A DNA stretch of 64,000 nt, taken from assembly GCA_963752715.1 (NCBI GenBank), contig CAVVZQ010000005.1, positions 10,030-74,029 on the forward strand. Direction: 5' to 3'. The notes below the pieces were generated by a model, which was given only the letters and a program-made list of their open reading frames with translations, was not told the DNA's origin and did not search any database. The stretch comes from an uncultured Actinomycetota bacterium (GTDB lineage: Bacteria; Actinomycetota; Actinomycetes; Mycobacteriales; CAVVZQ01). Shown in pieces: positions 18,920-27,983 of this stretch. Position 1 is the stretch's first letter, and the number at the start of each line of letters is the position of its first letter. Position numbers and translations under genes: made by a program.

Positions 18920-19558
18920 ATGGAGCCGACGGGCTGGGAGGCGGGGGTGCACCGGGTGGCCGAGGAAACCCCGGAGCAGCGAAACGAGCGATTCGAACGG
19001 GACGCCCTGCCGTACCTGGACCAGCTCTACTCGGCCGCGCTGCGCTTGACGCGCAATCCGGCTGATGCCGAGGACCTCGTTCAGGAGGCCTATGCGAAGG
19101 CGTTCGCCGCGTTCGAGTCCTTCGAGGAGGGCACCAACCTCAAGGCCTGGCTCTACCGGATCCTGACCAACACCTTCATCAACAACTACCGAAAGCGGCA
19201 GCGCCAGCCCCTGCAGGCGTCCACCGAAGGCATCGAGGACTGGCAGCTGTTCGAGGCGGGGTCGCACTCCTCCACCGGCCTGCGCTCCGCCGAGATGGAC
19301 GCGATGGACAACCTGCCCGACGACGACATCCGCGAGGCACTGGCGCAGCTGCCCGAGGACTTCCGTCTGGCGGTCTACCTGGCCGACGTCGAGGGCTTCG
19401 CCTACAAGGAGATCGCCGAGATCATGGGCACTCCGATTGGCACTGTCATGTCGCGGCTGCACCGAGGTCGCCGAACGTTGCGAACCCTGCTGGAGGACTA
19501 CGCGGCCACCCGCGGTGTGGTCGAGCCCGCTGGGGAACCGGCAGGTGAGGGGCAGTGA
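18920..19558 (+). CDS. sigH: ECF sigma factor SigH/SigR
   Basis: [66 protein letters not shown]; start uncertain, frame open back past 18629. Confidence 0.93.
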   Translation: MEPTGWEAGVHRVAEETPEQRNERFERDALPYLDQLYSAALRLTRNPADAEDLVQEAYAKAFAAFESFEEGTNLKAWLYRILTNTFINNYRKRQRQPLQASTEGIEDWQLFEAGSHSSTGLRSAEMDAMDNLPDDDIREALAQLPEDFRLAVYLADVEGFAYKEIAEIMGTPIGTVMSRLHRGRRTLRTLLEDYAATRGVVEPAGEPAGEGQ

Positions 19559-19842
19559 GCGAGACTTCTCAGAGCGGCTCGCCGTGTGCGTGTGACGACG
19601 TCCTGGCGGACATGGACTCCTACCTGGACAAGGAGCTCGCCGACGACCGCGCAGCCGCTATCCGCCAGCACCTCCTGGACTGCTCCCCCTGCCTGTCGGA
19701 GTACAAGGTGGAGCACGAGGTGAAGATTCTGGTGGCCCGGGGCTGTGCCCAGCACGCGCCGCCGCAGGTGCATGCCCGGGTGCGCGCCCGGCTGCGGTTC
19801 CTGGGCGTGAACTGTTCGGACCAGGAGGTCCGGGAGGACTGA
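19555..19842 (+). CDS. rshA: Zinc-binding anti-sigma factor RshA/RsrA
   Basis: HxxxCxxC (HLLDCSPC); GTGA overlap with sigma gene. Confidence 0.92.
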   Translation: MSETSQSGSPCACDDVLADMDSYLDKELADDRAAAIRQHLLDCSPCLSEYKVEHEVKILVARGCAQHAPPQVHARVRARLRFLGVNCSDQEVRED

Positions 19843-19876
19843 TTTTGACTGACCGCGCGACGGTCGGCGCCACGGG

Positions 19877-21070
19877 CTAGTAGACGCAGCTCGGATCGTC
19901 CACCCAGGGGCTCTCCGCTGCACTGCCATCAGCTCCCTCCGACGGTGCCGGCGTGGCCGTAGGTGCCGGGCTCGCGTCGGGACTGCCGACGTCGCTGGGC
20001 TCCGAGGAGGGACTCACGGTCTCGCTAGGGGTCTCCGTGGGGGACTCAGTCGGGGTCTCGGTGGTGGTCTCAGTCGGGTCCGGGAGATCCAGCGACGCCA
20101 CGAACCCGGGAATCGCCGGCTCGTCGAGCAGGACCACCGACTGCTCGCCGATCGTCGCATTGATGTCAGCGACCGGCAGGGTTGTCGTACGGACGGTCGT
20201 GCCGAGGCTGCGGACCGCCGCGTTGGCCACCGCTGCGGCCTGGGCCGAGCGTCGGAAGGCCTCGTCGGCGAAGAGGTTCTCGCCGACCGTGGTTGCCAGG
20301 TCCATGCCGTAGCTCGGACTGAGCAGGTTGTCGCGGATGGCGTGGGCGGCCGCCGCGAGATACGCCTGCTGCCGCTTGACGCGGTCGAGATCTCCGTTGG
20401 GCAGGTTCTGGCGCTGACGCACGAACGCCAGGGCGTCCTCGGGCTCGAGAACCTGGGGGCCGGCGGGAAGCGCCAAGCCGGTCGCGGGATCGCTGGTCGG
20501 CTCCTTCAGACACACCTCCACCGGTCCGATGGCCTCGGTGATCCGGGCGAAGGAGGCGAAGTCCACCACCAGGGTGTGGTGGATGGGCATACCGGTCACC
20601 GCTGTCACGGTCTCGGCGAGCAGGCTGGTGCCCTCGGCGCCGCCACCGCCCAGCCCGAAGGCTGCGTTGATCTTGTCCATCCCGTAGCCCGGGATGTCGA
20701 CCCATGAGTCGCGCGGAATCGACACCAGGCTCACGGGCGTCCCGGCCGGGGCGTCCGACGGCGGGATGTGCAGCACCATGATGGTGTCGGTCAGGGTGGA
20801 CTCGGTCCGCCCCGTGGCGTACTTGGCGACCTCTTCGTCGGTCAGCCGGCTCCGGTCGTCAGTGCCCACCAGCAGGAGGTTCAGGCCGGAGGGGACCGAC
20901 CACTGCGTCGCGCTCACCGGCGCCACGGTGACCGGGTAACGCTGCAGGCTCTCGTCGAACGCCCGCCACAGCAGGTAGCCGTACGCCGACCCCAGCAGCA
21001 GGACAGCGACCAGTCCCGCGGCCAGCAAGCGGCCGACCCAGGTCGCTGCCCTGCGCGGTGATGTCGTCAG
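19877..21070 (-). CDS. LCP (LytR-CpsA-Psr) family protein
   Basis: TM anchor, NLLLVGTD, TDTIMVLHI, VSIPRDSWV, KINAAF, GDLDRVKRQQ, Pro/Thr tail; start CTG 21070 or TTG 21028. Confidence 0.88.
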   Translation of the reverse strand: MTTSPRRAATWVGRLLAAGLVAVLLLGSAYGYLLWRAFDESLQRYPVTVAPVSATQWSVPSGLNLLLVGTDDRSRLTDEEVAKYATGRTESTLTDTIMVLHIPPSDAPAGTPVSLVSIPRDSWVDIPGYGMDKINAAFGLGGGGAEGTSLLAETVTAVTGMPIHHTLVVDFASFARITEAIGPVEVCLKEPTSDPATGLALPAGPQVLEPEDALAFVRQRQNLPNGDLDRVKRQQAYLAAAAHAIRDNLLSPSYGMDLATTVGENLFADEAFRRSAQAAAVANAAVRSLGTTVRTTTLPVADINATIGEQSVVLLDEPAIPGFVASLDLPDPTETTTETPTESPTETPSETVSPSSEPSDVGSPDASPAPTATPAPSEGADGSAAESPWVDDPSCVY

Positions 21071-21141
21071 GAGTTCGGCCGCTTGCCGTGGTTGGCGGCC
21101 TTCTTCTTGCGGGCCTTCTTCTTGCGTGACTTCTTGGCCAT
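21067..21141 (-). CDS. Actinobacterial 50S ribosomal protein bL37
   Basis: 24 aa MAKKSRKKKARKKKAANHGKRPNS with the ANHGKRPNS signature. Confidence 0.9.
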   Translation of the reverse strand: MAKKSRKKKARKKKAANHGKRPNS

Positions 21142-21244
21142 GGGGTCGCTCCCTGGTTCCGGTTCGTCCCGGCGATGGTCCATCGCAGGAGGTGGTGCCG
21201 TTTTCGAGGGTACGGGCAGGAAGATGCGGATAGGCTGTCGCGTC

Positions 21245-22588
21245 GTGTTCGACACCGTGCTCATAGCCAACCGCGGCGAGATCGCCTGCCGCATCATCCG
21301 AACCTGCCGCGAGCTCGGAATCCGCTCGGTGGCCGTTCACAGCGAGGCGGACGCTTCCGCGCTGCATGTACGGATGGCGGACGAGGCGGTCCTGATCGGT
21401 CCTCCGCCCGCCCCACAGTCGTACCTGCAGGCGGAGACCATCATCTCTGCGGCTCGCGACACCGGAGCGCAGGCGATCCACCCCGGGTACGGCTTCCTGG
21501 CCGAGAGCGCCCACTTCGCCCGTCTGGTCGCGGAGGCGGGACTGGTGTGGGTGGGCCCCTCGCCGGAGTCGATCGAGGCGATGGGGGACAAGATTGCTGC
21601 CCGCAACGCGATGGCCTTCGCGGGCGTGCCGGTCGCGCCGGGCACCGAGGAGCCCGTGCATGACCTCGAATCCGCGGTGAAGGCCGGACTCGGCATCGGC
21701 TATCCCCTGATGGTGAAGGCGTCTGCCGGCGGTGGCGGAATCGGCATGTCCGTCGTGTCGTCGGAGGCGGACCTCAGGAAGGCATTCGAGACGGCCCGTA
21801 CCCGTGCGGAGCGCTTCTTCGGGTCGCCCTCGATCCTGCTCGAGCGCTACATCCCGGATGCCAGGCACGTGGAGGTACAGATCCTCGGGCTGGCCGACGG
21901 GCGGATCCTGGCTCTCGGGGAGCGCGACTGCTCCGTACAGCGCCGTCACCAGAAGCTGCTCGAGGAGACACCCTCTCCCGCGGTCAGCCACCAGCTGCGG
22001 GAACGGATGCTCACCGCGGCGGTGCGGGCGGGGGAGGCGGTCGCCTACCGCAACGCCGGCACGGTCGAGTGCCTGGTGGACCCCGCGACCGAGGAGTTCG
22101 TGTTTCTCGAGATGAACACCAGGCTGCAGGTCGAGCACCCGGTGACGGAGCTGGTCACCGGCATCGACCTGGTCGCGGAGCAGCTGCGGGTGGCCGCCGG
22201 TGAGCCTCCCGGGTTCGACCCGGACTCGCCGCCCTCACCGCGCGGACACGCGATCGAGATGCGCATCTACGCCGAGGACCCGGTGCGCTTCCTGCCGGGC
22301 CCGGGGACGATCAGCAGCTGGAGGCCGCCGACCGGCGAGGGTGTCCGGCTGGATACCGGGTACGTCGAGGGCGACACCGTCACGCCGTTCTACGACCCGT
22401 TGATCGCCAAGCTCTGCGTCCACGGAGCTGACCGCGAGGAGGCGCTGCAGCGGGCGTCGCAGGCGGTTGCCTCCTTCGAGATCCACGGCCCGAAGAACAA
22501 CCTGCCCTTCTTCGCTGAGCTGCTCGCCTCTCCGGAGTTCCGCGCGGGCTCCTACACCACCTCGGCAGTGGAACGGCTGCGTCGCTGA
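21245..22588 (+). CDS. Stand-alone biotin carboxylase
   Basis: LIANRGEIA, HPGYGFL, GGGGIG, RDCSVQRRHQK, EMNTRLQVEHPVTE; no fused biotinyl domain. Confidence 0.93.
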   Translation: MFDTVLIANRGEIACRIIRTCRELGIRSVAVHSEADASALHVRMADEAVLIGPPPAPQSYLQAETIISAARDTGAQAIHPGYGFLAESAHFARLVAEAGLVWVGPSPESIEAMGDKIAARNAMAFAGVPVAPGTEEPVHDLESAVKAGLGIGYPLMVKASAGGGGIGMSVVSSEADLRKAFETARTRAERFFGSPSILLERYIPDARHVEVQILGLADGRILALGERDCSVQRRHQKLLEETPSPAVSHQLRERMLTAAVRAGEAVAYRNAGTVECLVDPATEEFVFLEMNTRLQVEHPVTELVTGIDLVAEQLRVAAGEPPGFDPDSPPSPRGHAIEMRIYAEDPVRFLPGPGTISSWRPPTGEGVRLDTGYVEGDTVTPFYDPLIAKLCVHGADREEALQRASQAVASFEIHGPKNNLPFFAELLASPEFRAGSYTTSAVERLRR

Positions 22589-22666
22589 GGGGCGGAAGGT
22601 TTCCGGCGTGGTGAACTGAGACGCTTGAGCAACCGATGTCTGAGAGCGCGAGGGGAGGTGGCCGCA

Positions 22667-22885
22667 ATGGCTGAGGAGCTGCGGGCCGAGATGGTGGCCA
22701 ACGTGTGGAAGGTGCTCGTCGCGCCGGGCGACGCGGTCGACGAGGGAGACACCGTCGTCATCCTGGAGTCGATGAAGATGGAGATCCCCGTGCTGACCGA
22801 GAGCGCCGGTACCGTCAGCACGGTCGAGGTCTCGGAGGGTCAGACGGTCCAGGAAGGTGACCTCATCGCCGTCGTCGACGACTGA
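22667..22885 (+). CDS. Small biotin/lipoyl carrier protein (Rv3221c-like)
   Basis: AEMVANVWKV...LESMKMEIPV biotinylation motif; GGAGG SD. Confidence 0.92.
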   Translation: MAEELRAEMVANVWKVLVAPGDAVDEGDTVVILESMKMEIPVLTESAGTVSTVEVSEGQTVQEGDLIAVVDD

Positions 22886-22903
22886 GCGGGCTGGCGGCGT
22901 CGC

Positions 22904-23764
22904 TCACACGTCGAGCAGGTCCTCTCCCCGAGCCCCGCTCCACTCGCGCAGGCGCTCGTACAGCTGGGTCCTGCGGAAGTACCGCGAGTCGTACGCCAGC
23001 CGCAGGTCCTTCTCGATCAGCTTGGGGTGGTACGCGCTCGGCGGGCGCTTGGCGAAGCCGCACTCCCGCAGCGCGTAGGCGAGCAGCTCCACCATGTCGT
23101 GTCCCTGGCACAGCAGCGCGGGGTCGTAGTCCTTGCGCAGCTCTGCGACCAGCATCCGACCCACCTGGTCGAGACTGGCCGTGGTCCGGGAGCGGGCGTG
23201 GACGTCCCTCAGGTAGCGCATCGCGTCGAAGCGCAGCGCAGTCGGCTCGACATATCCCGACACCGGAAGCTTCGCGAACCTCAGACCCAGGTCTTCCCTG
23301 CTGTTGATCAGGCGCAGGGTCGCCGACGGACGACACCGGTCGTAGAGCAGGTCGCGGAGGGAGGGGAACGGTCCGGCCTGGTCGAGGAAGGCCTGCAGGC
23401 GGTCCGGGTCGGCATGCTCGGCCAGCACGGCATCCAGCGCGCGGCTGGCGATCAGCATGGCCTCGAGGTCGTGGGCGTCGGTGACGACGACGTCGGAGGG
23501 TGGCGCTCGATGGTCGAGCCACCAGAAGTCGGTGTCGACGACCGCCACCGCGCCGCCGAGCCGGGCCTTCTGCCGCCGTGACATGACCACCAGGACTCCG
23601 CGCTTGCCCTGGCAGGGCTGCACCATTCCGGAGTCGGGGTCGACGAACCGCTCCAGCACGGCGCGGTCTGTGTCGCCCTCGACGAGGACCCAGGTTCCCG
23701 TGAAGGTCCGGCGCAGCATCCGCATGGACGCGATGACGTCGTCCGGAGTGAGATGGCGCCTCAC
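22904..23764 (-). CDS. TOPRIM/DUF4435-like nuclease, PARIS AriB-like
   Basis: VLVEGDTD, VVDTDF (DxD), TDAHDLE, CQGHD; GTG 23764 overlaps the ATPase stop. Confidence 0.78.
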   Translation of the reverse strand: MRRHLTPDDVIASMRMLRRTFTGTWVLVEGDTDRAVLERFVDPDSGMVQPCQGKRGVLVVMSRRQKARLGGAVAVVDTDFWWLDHRAPPSDVVVTDAHDLEAMLIASRALDAVLAEHADPDRLQAFLDQAGPFPSLRDLLYDRCRPSATLRLINSREDLGLRFAKLPVSGYVEPTALRFDAMRYLRDVHARSRTTASLDQVGRMLVAELRKDYDPALLCQGHDMVELLAYALRECGFAKRPPSAYHPKLIEKDLRLAYDSRYFRRTQLYERLREWSGARGEDLLDV

Positions 23765-25173
23765 GCGTCGGGCCCATCTACCGACCGTGCGCCTGGCCGG
23801 GCGTCGGGGTTCTCCGGCTCGTCGGGGTCGTAGCCCTCGTCCTCCCCCTCCAGATCGACGGTCAGGTCCCAGTGGGTGTGCACGATCTGGGGCGAGTGCG
23901 TGGCGATCAGGAAGTCCAGCCCCCGGACCGCGCCGGTGCGGATCAGCCCGTCCACCACCGCCTGCTGCCAGGCGATGTGCAGCGAGAGCTCCGGCTCGTC
24001 GATGAGAACGAGGCTGCCTTCGTCGACCTCGAACAGCAGGGCGCACACCAGGACGAGCAGGTGCTGCTCCCCGGAGGACAGCGACGACAGCGGTACGGAC
24101 TCGCCGCTGGCCAGGCGCACGGTGAGACCCTGTTCCCGGTCCATCGCCAGACGCTTGCCGAGGAAGGTACGGCCGGCGCGAGCCTGCAGGATGCCGAAGA
24201 GTGCCTCCAGTCGTTCCCGCACGTCGTCGAAGGCTGCGAGCTTGGCGTCGGAGTCCTGCAGGTAGGTCCACAGCACCCGGCGCTCCGCCTCGTCGAGGGG
24301 ACGTACGGGCAGCGCGATCGGCTCGAAGGAGTCGATCAGCGAGAACTCGTGGAGTCGGGTGAAGTGCTCGCTCTGCTGGGCGAAGCGGGCGCGCAGCTCG
24401 GTCTCCGACGGTGGCGGCGCCTCCTGGTTGAGCACCCGGCTCGGAAAGGTGCGGTCGAGCGAGCCCGCCGCGTCGGCGTAGCGTCGCTGGGCGTCCCGGA
24501 TGCTGCGCAGGATGAGGTTGGAGTACCAGGTGACTGCCGGCATCCAGCCCGAGTAGCTCACGTCCTCGAACCGCGTCTGTGGCTCCCAGACGATGAGGCG
24601 GTCGGCACCGATCAAGCGACAGGGGACGCCGTCGATGATCTCGGAGAGCCAGTCGGGCTCGTCGAGCAGCCGACGCAGGATCGGGACCGCCTCGGGGTGT
24701 CGGGCCAGCAGGGCGTTGGTCGTCATGGAGTGCCCCGTACGACGGTCCAGCCACTCCTCGGGTCCGGTCTGGGCCAGGTAGGGGTTGGCCTCGGTGACCC
24801 GCGCCCACGTGGCAGCACCTGCCTCGGGGAGATGCGTGGGCTGCCACACCTTGACGTCCCCGCCCGTGGGGTCGCTGAGCTCGACGGACATGTCACCGTG
24901 GGTCTCGGCCCCGGCCGCGGTGAGCTCGGCGGGAGCGTGGTTGTGCACCACGAGCCGGCGCCCGTCGTCCAGCCGGACCTCGAAGCGCCGTACGGGTGCT
25001 CTCGCGACCGCACCCCAAGCGCCCCGCAGGACGTTCTCCACCAGGTTCAGAAGGGTGGTCTTGCCCAGCCCGTTGGCCCCGTGCAGGATCGTGACCCGTT
25101 CGTCCAGGTTGAGGGCGAGCTCGAAGTCGAACTCGTCGTACATGCCGTCCACGGCCAGGCCTGCTACGCGCAC
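23761..25173 (-). CDS. ABC-type ATPase (AAA_21/AAA_15-like), PARIS AriA-like
   Basis: Walker A HGANGLGKTT, long helical insert, signature LSSGE, Walker B LIDEPE, H-loop ATHS; no permease partner. Confidence 0.85.
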   Translation of the reverse strand: MRVAGLAVDGMYDEFDFELALNLDERVTILHGANGLGKTTLLNLVENVLRGAWGAVARAPVRRFEVRLDDGRRLVVHNHAPAELTAAGAETHGDMSVELSDPTGGDVKVWQPTHLPEAGAATWARVTEANPYLAQTGPEEWLDRRTGHSMTTNALLARHPEAVPILRRLLDEPDWLSEIIDGVPCRLIGADRLIVWEPQTRFEDVSYSGWMPAVTWYSNLILRSIRDAQRRYADAAGSLDRTFPSRVLNQEAPPPSETELRARFAQQSEHFTRLHEFSLIDSFEPIALPVRPLDEAERRVLWTYLQDSDAKLAAFDDVRERLEALFGILQARAGRTFLGKRLAMDREQGLTVRLASGESVPLSSLSSGEQHLLVLVCALLFEVDEGSLVLIDEPELSLHIAWQQAVVDGLIRTGAVRGLDFLIATHSPQIVHTHWDLTVDLEGEDEGYDPDEPENPDARPGARSVDGPDA

Positions 25174-25253
25174 GCCAGCCTCCTCACGCCTTTGCCGGGT
25201 CGTCGCCCAAGGCGCGCCGCACTGTGACGGGCACCCCGGGGCTCTCCGTCACC

Positions 25254-26174
25254 CTAGAAGGCGATGCCCGAGGCTGCGAGGCCACCGCCGGCGGCCAGGC
25301 CCCCGACGAGAGCCACGCCGACTGCGAGGGCGGCCACCCGTACGGGTGCTGCACGTCGTGCGCGTGCCTGGCGGCGTCGCTCCCGCTCGGCGACCTCGGA
25401 GAGCGCGCCGAGCAGTCTCTCGGCGTCGGGGCGCTGGGCTGGGTCGGCCGCCATCGCGCTGCGCAGCAGAGGAGCGATCGGCGCGGGGACGTGCGCCAGG
25501 TCGGGCTCGGAGTACCGCACCCGGTCCAGCACCTCGAACGTGGGCCCGCTCCCGTACGGGTTGCGGCCGGTGGCCGCGTAGGCCACCACCCCGGCCCAGC
25601 CGAAGATGTCCGCGGCGGAGGTGGCCCGCTGCCCGCTCATCAGCTCGGGGGCAGTCCAGCCGGGAGAACCCATCACGACGTCGGTAGAGGTGATCGGCTC
25701 CGCCTGGGTCGGCTGAACGATCCCGAAGTCGATCACCACGGGACCGCGCTCGGCGAGGATCACGTTGTTGGGCTTGAGGTCGCGGTGGACCATGCCGGCG
25801 CCGTGGACCGCGGCGAGGGCGTGAGCCAGCCCGGTGGCGAGGGACAGGAGCTCGTCGAGCTCCAGCGCTCCAGCGGTCTTGAGTCGCTGCTCGATAGTGG
25901 GGCCGGAGACGTACTCCATGGCCAGGTACGGCGTGGGGGCATCGGGGTCCGCGGCGAGGAGCCGGGGCGTGTGCGGCCCGGTCAGGCGGGCCAGCGCCTC
26001 GACCTCGCGGGCGAACCGGCTGCGAAAGTGAGCCTGCCGCTCGAGCGGGGTACGCAGCACCTTCACCGCCACAGCAGAGCCGTCCTGCGTGACCGCCAGC
26101 CAGAGGACACCCATTCCGCCGGTCGCGAGCCTGCGGGTGAGGGTGTACCCACCGAGGCGCGTGCCCTCGGTCAT
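25254..26174 (-). CDS. Hanks-type Ser/Thr protein kinase with C-terminal membrane anchor
   Basis: LATGGMG, VAVK, FARE, HRDLKPNN, DFG, WTAPE, ADIF, RP; RRQARARR then a hydrophobic tail. Confidence 0.93.
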   Translation of the reverse strand: MTEGTRLGGYTLTRRLATGGMGVLWLAVTQDGSAVAVKVLRTPLERQAHFRSRFAREVEALARLTGPHTPRLLAADPDAPTPYLAMEYVSGPTIEQRLKTAGALELDELLSLATGLAHALAAVHGAGMVHRDLKPNNVILAERGPVVIDFGIVQPTQAEPITSTDVVMGSPGWTAPELMSGQRATSAADIFGWAGVVAYAATGRNPYGSGPTFEVLDRVRYSEPDLAHVPAPIAPLLRSAMAADPAQRPDAERLLGALSEVAERERRRQARARRAAPVRVAALAVGVALVGGLAAGGGLAASGIAF

Positions 26175-26460
26175 CGGCCGACCCCATTCGTCCGCCCGGC
26201 CTGATGGACGTCCCCGGTCAGCCCGGTCAGCCGGGTCAGCCCCGTCAGCCGGGTCAGCCCCGTCAGCCGGGTACCGCTCGCCGGACAGGAGACCGACAGC
26301 AGAGGCCCGCACCGCGCTCGCTGCGGCCGCGTCGGGGCGAGTCACCTCGACGGGAGCAGGGCGATTAACGGTGTTCACAAGGACATAACGCCGCAGGGAG
26401 GTGTGATCACTCCCCGCATTGATGAGATCTTGGACACGTCGCCCCCCGCTTGCGCAGACG

Positions 26461-26736
26461 CTAGGACGACACAGCCACCACCCCGTGCTGCGAGCAGCGG
26501 GCCTCCCAGCCCCGTGGAACCACCTGGACCACCATGCGCCGTCGGCACCGGTGGCAGTAGCGGGGTGGCTCCAGTCGCAGCGCAGCCTCGCAACGGTCGT
26601 GGGCGGGACTGCGTCCAGCGTGAGTGGGTACGGCGTGAGTGGGCTCACCGCAGCGGGGGCACCAGGTACCCGGCAGGTCGACCTGCCCGTCCTCGGCCGT
26701 GGTCTCTGGCTGGTCTCCGTTCCTGAGCTCGCCCAT
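26461..26736 (-). CDS. bsaP: Biotin synthase auxiliary protein BsaP-like
   Basis: WCPRCG...[34 protein letters not shown]. Confidence 0.82.
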   Translation of the reverse strand: MGELRNGDQPETTAEDGQVDLPGTWCPRCGEPTHAVPTHAGRSPAHDRCEAALRLEPPRYCHRCRRRMVVQVVPRGWEARCSQHGVVAVSS

Positions 26737-26801
26737 GTAGGCAGGCTAGATCCGGCGCGGCCGTGCAGTGGGCTTCTCGGGGTGCGGCATAGGCTCACGG
26801 C

Positions 26802-27845
26802 ATGCGGATGGACCTCGTTCTCGAAGGCGGCGGCGTCAAGGGCATAGCCATCGTGGGGGCACTGTCCGTCTTCGAGGAGCACGGATTCGTGGTCAACCGG
26901 GTGGCGGGCACGTCGGCGGGCGCGATCGTCGGCTCGCTCGCTGCCGCGGGCATGTCCGTCGGCCGGATGACCGAGGTCATGAAGACGCTCGACTTCCGCA
27001 AGTTCATGGACCGAGGCCGCCGCAAGGTGCCGGTGGTCTCGGAGGGTGTCTCGCTGATGCTGGACCAGGGTGCGTTCTCAGGCGCCTACGCCCGGGACTG
27101 GGTCCGGGAGATGCTCTCCGAGCAGGGTGTTGCGACCTTCGGCGACCTGAGGCTGGCGGAGGATCGGGCCGAGCCCGCCGCGGAGCTGCCTCCCGAGCAG
27201 CGCTACAAGCTGGTCGTCATGGCGGCCGACGTCACCCAGCGTCGCCTGGCACGCCTGCCCTGGGACTACCGCCAGCACTACGGCCTCGACCCGGACGCGG
27301 TATCCGTGGCCGAGGCGGTGCGGGCGTCGATGTCCATCCCGTTCTTCTTCGAGCCGGTGCGGCTGAGCTACGAGCGCTCCCGGCCCGACGTACCCGTGGA
27401 GGCGGCGGAGTCCGTCCTGGTGGACGGAGGTCTGCTGTCCAACTTCCCGGTCGAGAGCTTCGACCGCGCCGATGGCGCCCCGCCGCGCTGGCCGACCATC
27501 GGGATCAAGCTGTCCTCCCCCGGGGGCAGCCGCGACATGTTTCCCAGCATCGCGCCAGGTCCCCTGGGGCTGGCCTTCGACCTGCTCTCCACCATGGTCG
27601 ACTCCCGCGACAACCAGATCTCGCAGCGCGCCGACGTGCTGTCGCGGACCGTGTTCGTGGACACCTCGGGCGTGGCGATCACCAACTTCAACCTCAAGCA
27701 GGCGGACAAGGACCGGCTGTTCGACAACGGGCGCACGGCCGCCACGGAGTTCCTGTCCTCCTGGGACTTCTGGGCCTATGTCCAGGACTACCGCACGGGT
27801 CCGCTCAAGGCGCTGAGTCACGTGCCGCTGGCCGAGGACGCCTGA
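26802..27845 (+). CDS. Patatin-like phospholipase
   Basis: EGGGVKG, GTSAG, ASMSIPFFF, DGGLLSNFP. Confidence 0.93.
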   Translation: MRMDLVLEGGGVKGIAIVGALSVFEEHGFVVNRVAGTSAGAIVGSLAAAGMSVGRMTEVMKTLDFRKFMDRGRRKVPVVSEGVSLMLDQGAFSGAYARDWVREMLSEQGVATFGDLRLAEDRAEPAAELPPEQRYKLVVMAADVTQRRLARLPWDYRQHYGLDPDAVSVAEAVRASMSIPFFFEPVRLSYERSRPDVPVEAAESVLVDGGLLSNFPVESFDRADGAPPRWPTIGIKLSSPGGSRDMFPSIAPGPLGLAFDLLSTMVDSRDNQISQRADVLSRTVFVDTSGVAITNFNLKQADKDRLFDNGRTAATEFLSSWDFWAYVQDYRTGPLKALSHVPLAEDA

Positions 27846-27897
27846 GCGAGCTGGCACCCGCGATCCGGCGTTGGGTCCGCGATCAGGTCCGCGATCA

Positions 27898-27937
27898 GGT
27901 CCGCGAAACGGACACGAAACGGGCCATTTCACGGACC
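27898..27937. repeat. 40-bp palindromic (REP-like) element, copy 2, preceded by 12-bp tandem duplications
   Basis: GGTCCGCGAAACGG-N12-CCATTTCACGGACC; arms extend with GATCA/TGATC; GGTCCGCGATCA repeated from 27874. Confidence 0.75.
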
Positions 27938-27983
27938 TGATCGGCGGTAACCCGTGGCGTGACCCGGCTGCTGGCCACAGCGG

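Noticed and set aside
26175-26460. c-di-AMP riboswitch-like CCCGTCAGC segments
   Set aside because: Explained by a 9/18-bp tandem repeat, on the wrong strand, and other conserved elements are absent
718-27845. Cyclase plus patatin as a CBASS/Pycsar-type system
   Set aside because: The genes are 25 kb apart, and the cyclase has ordinary adenylate-specific residues and a membrane anchor
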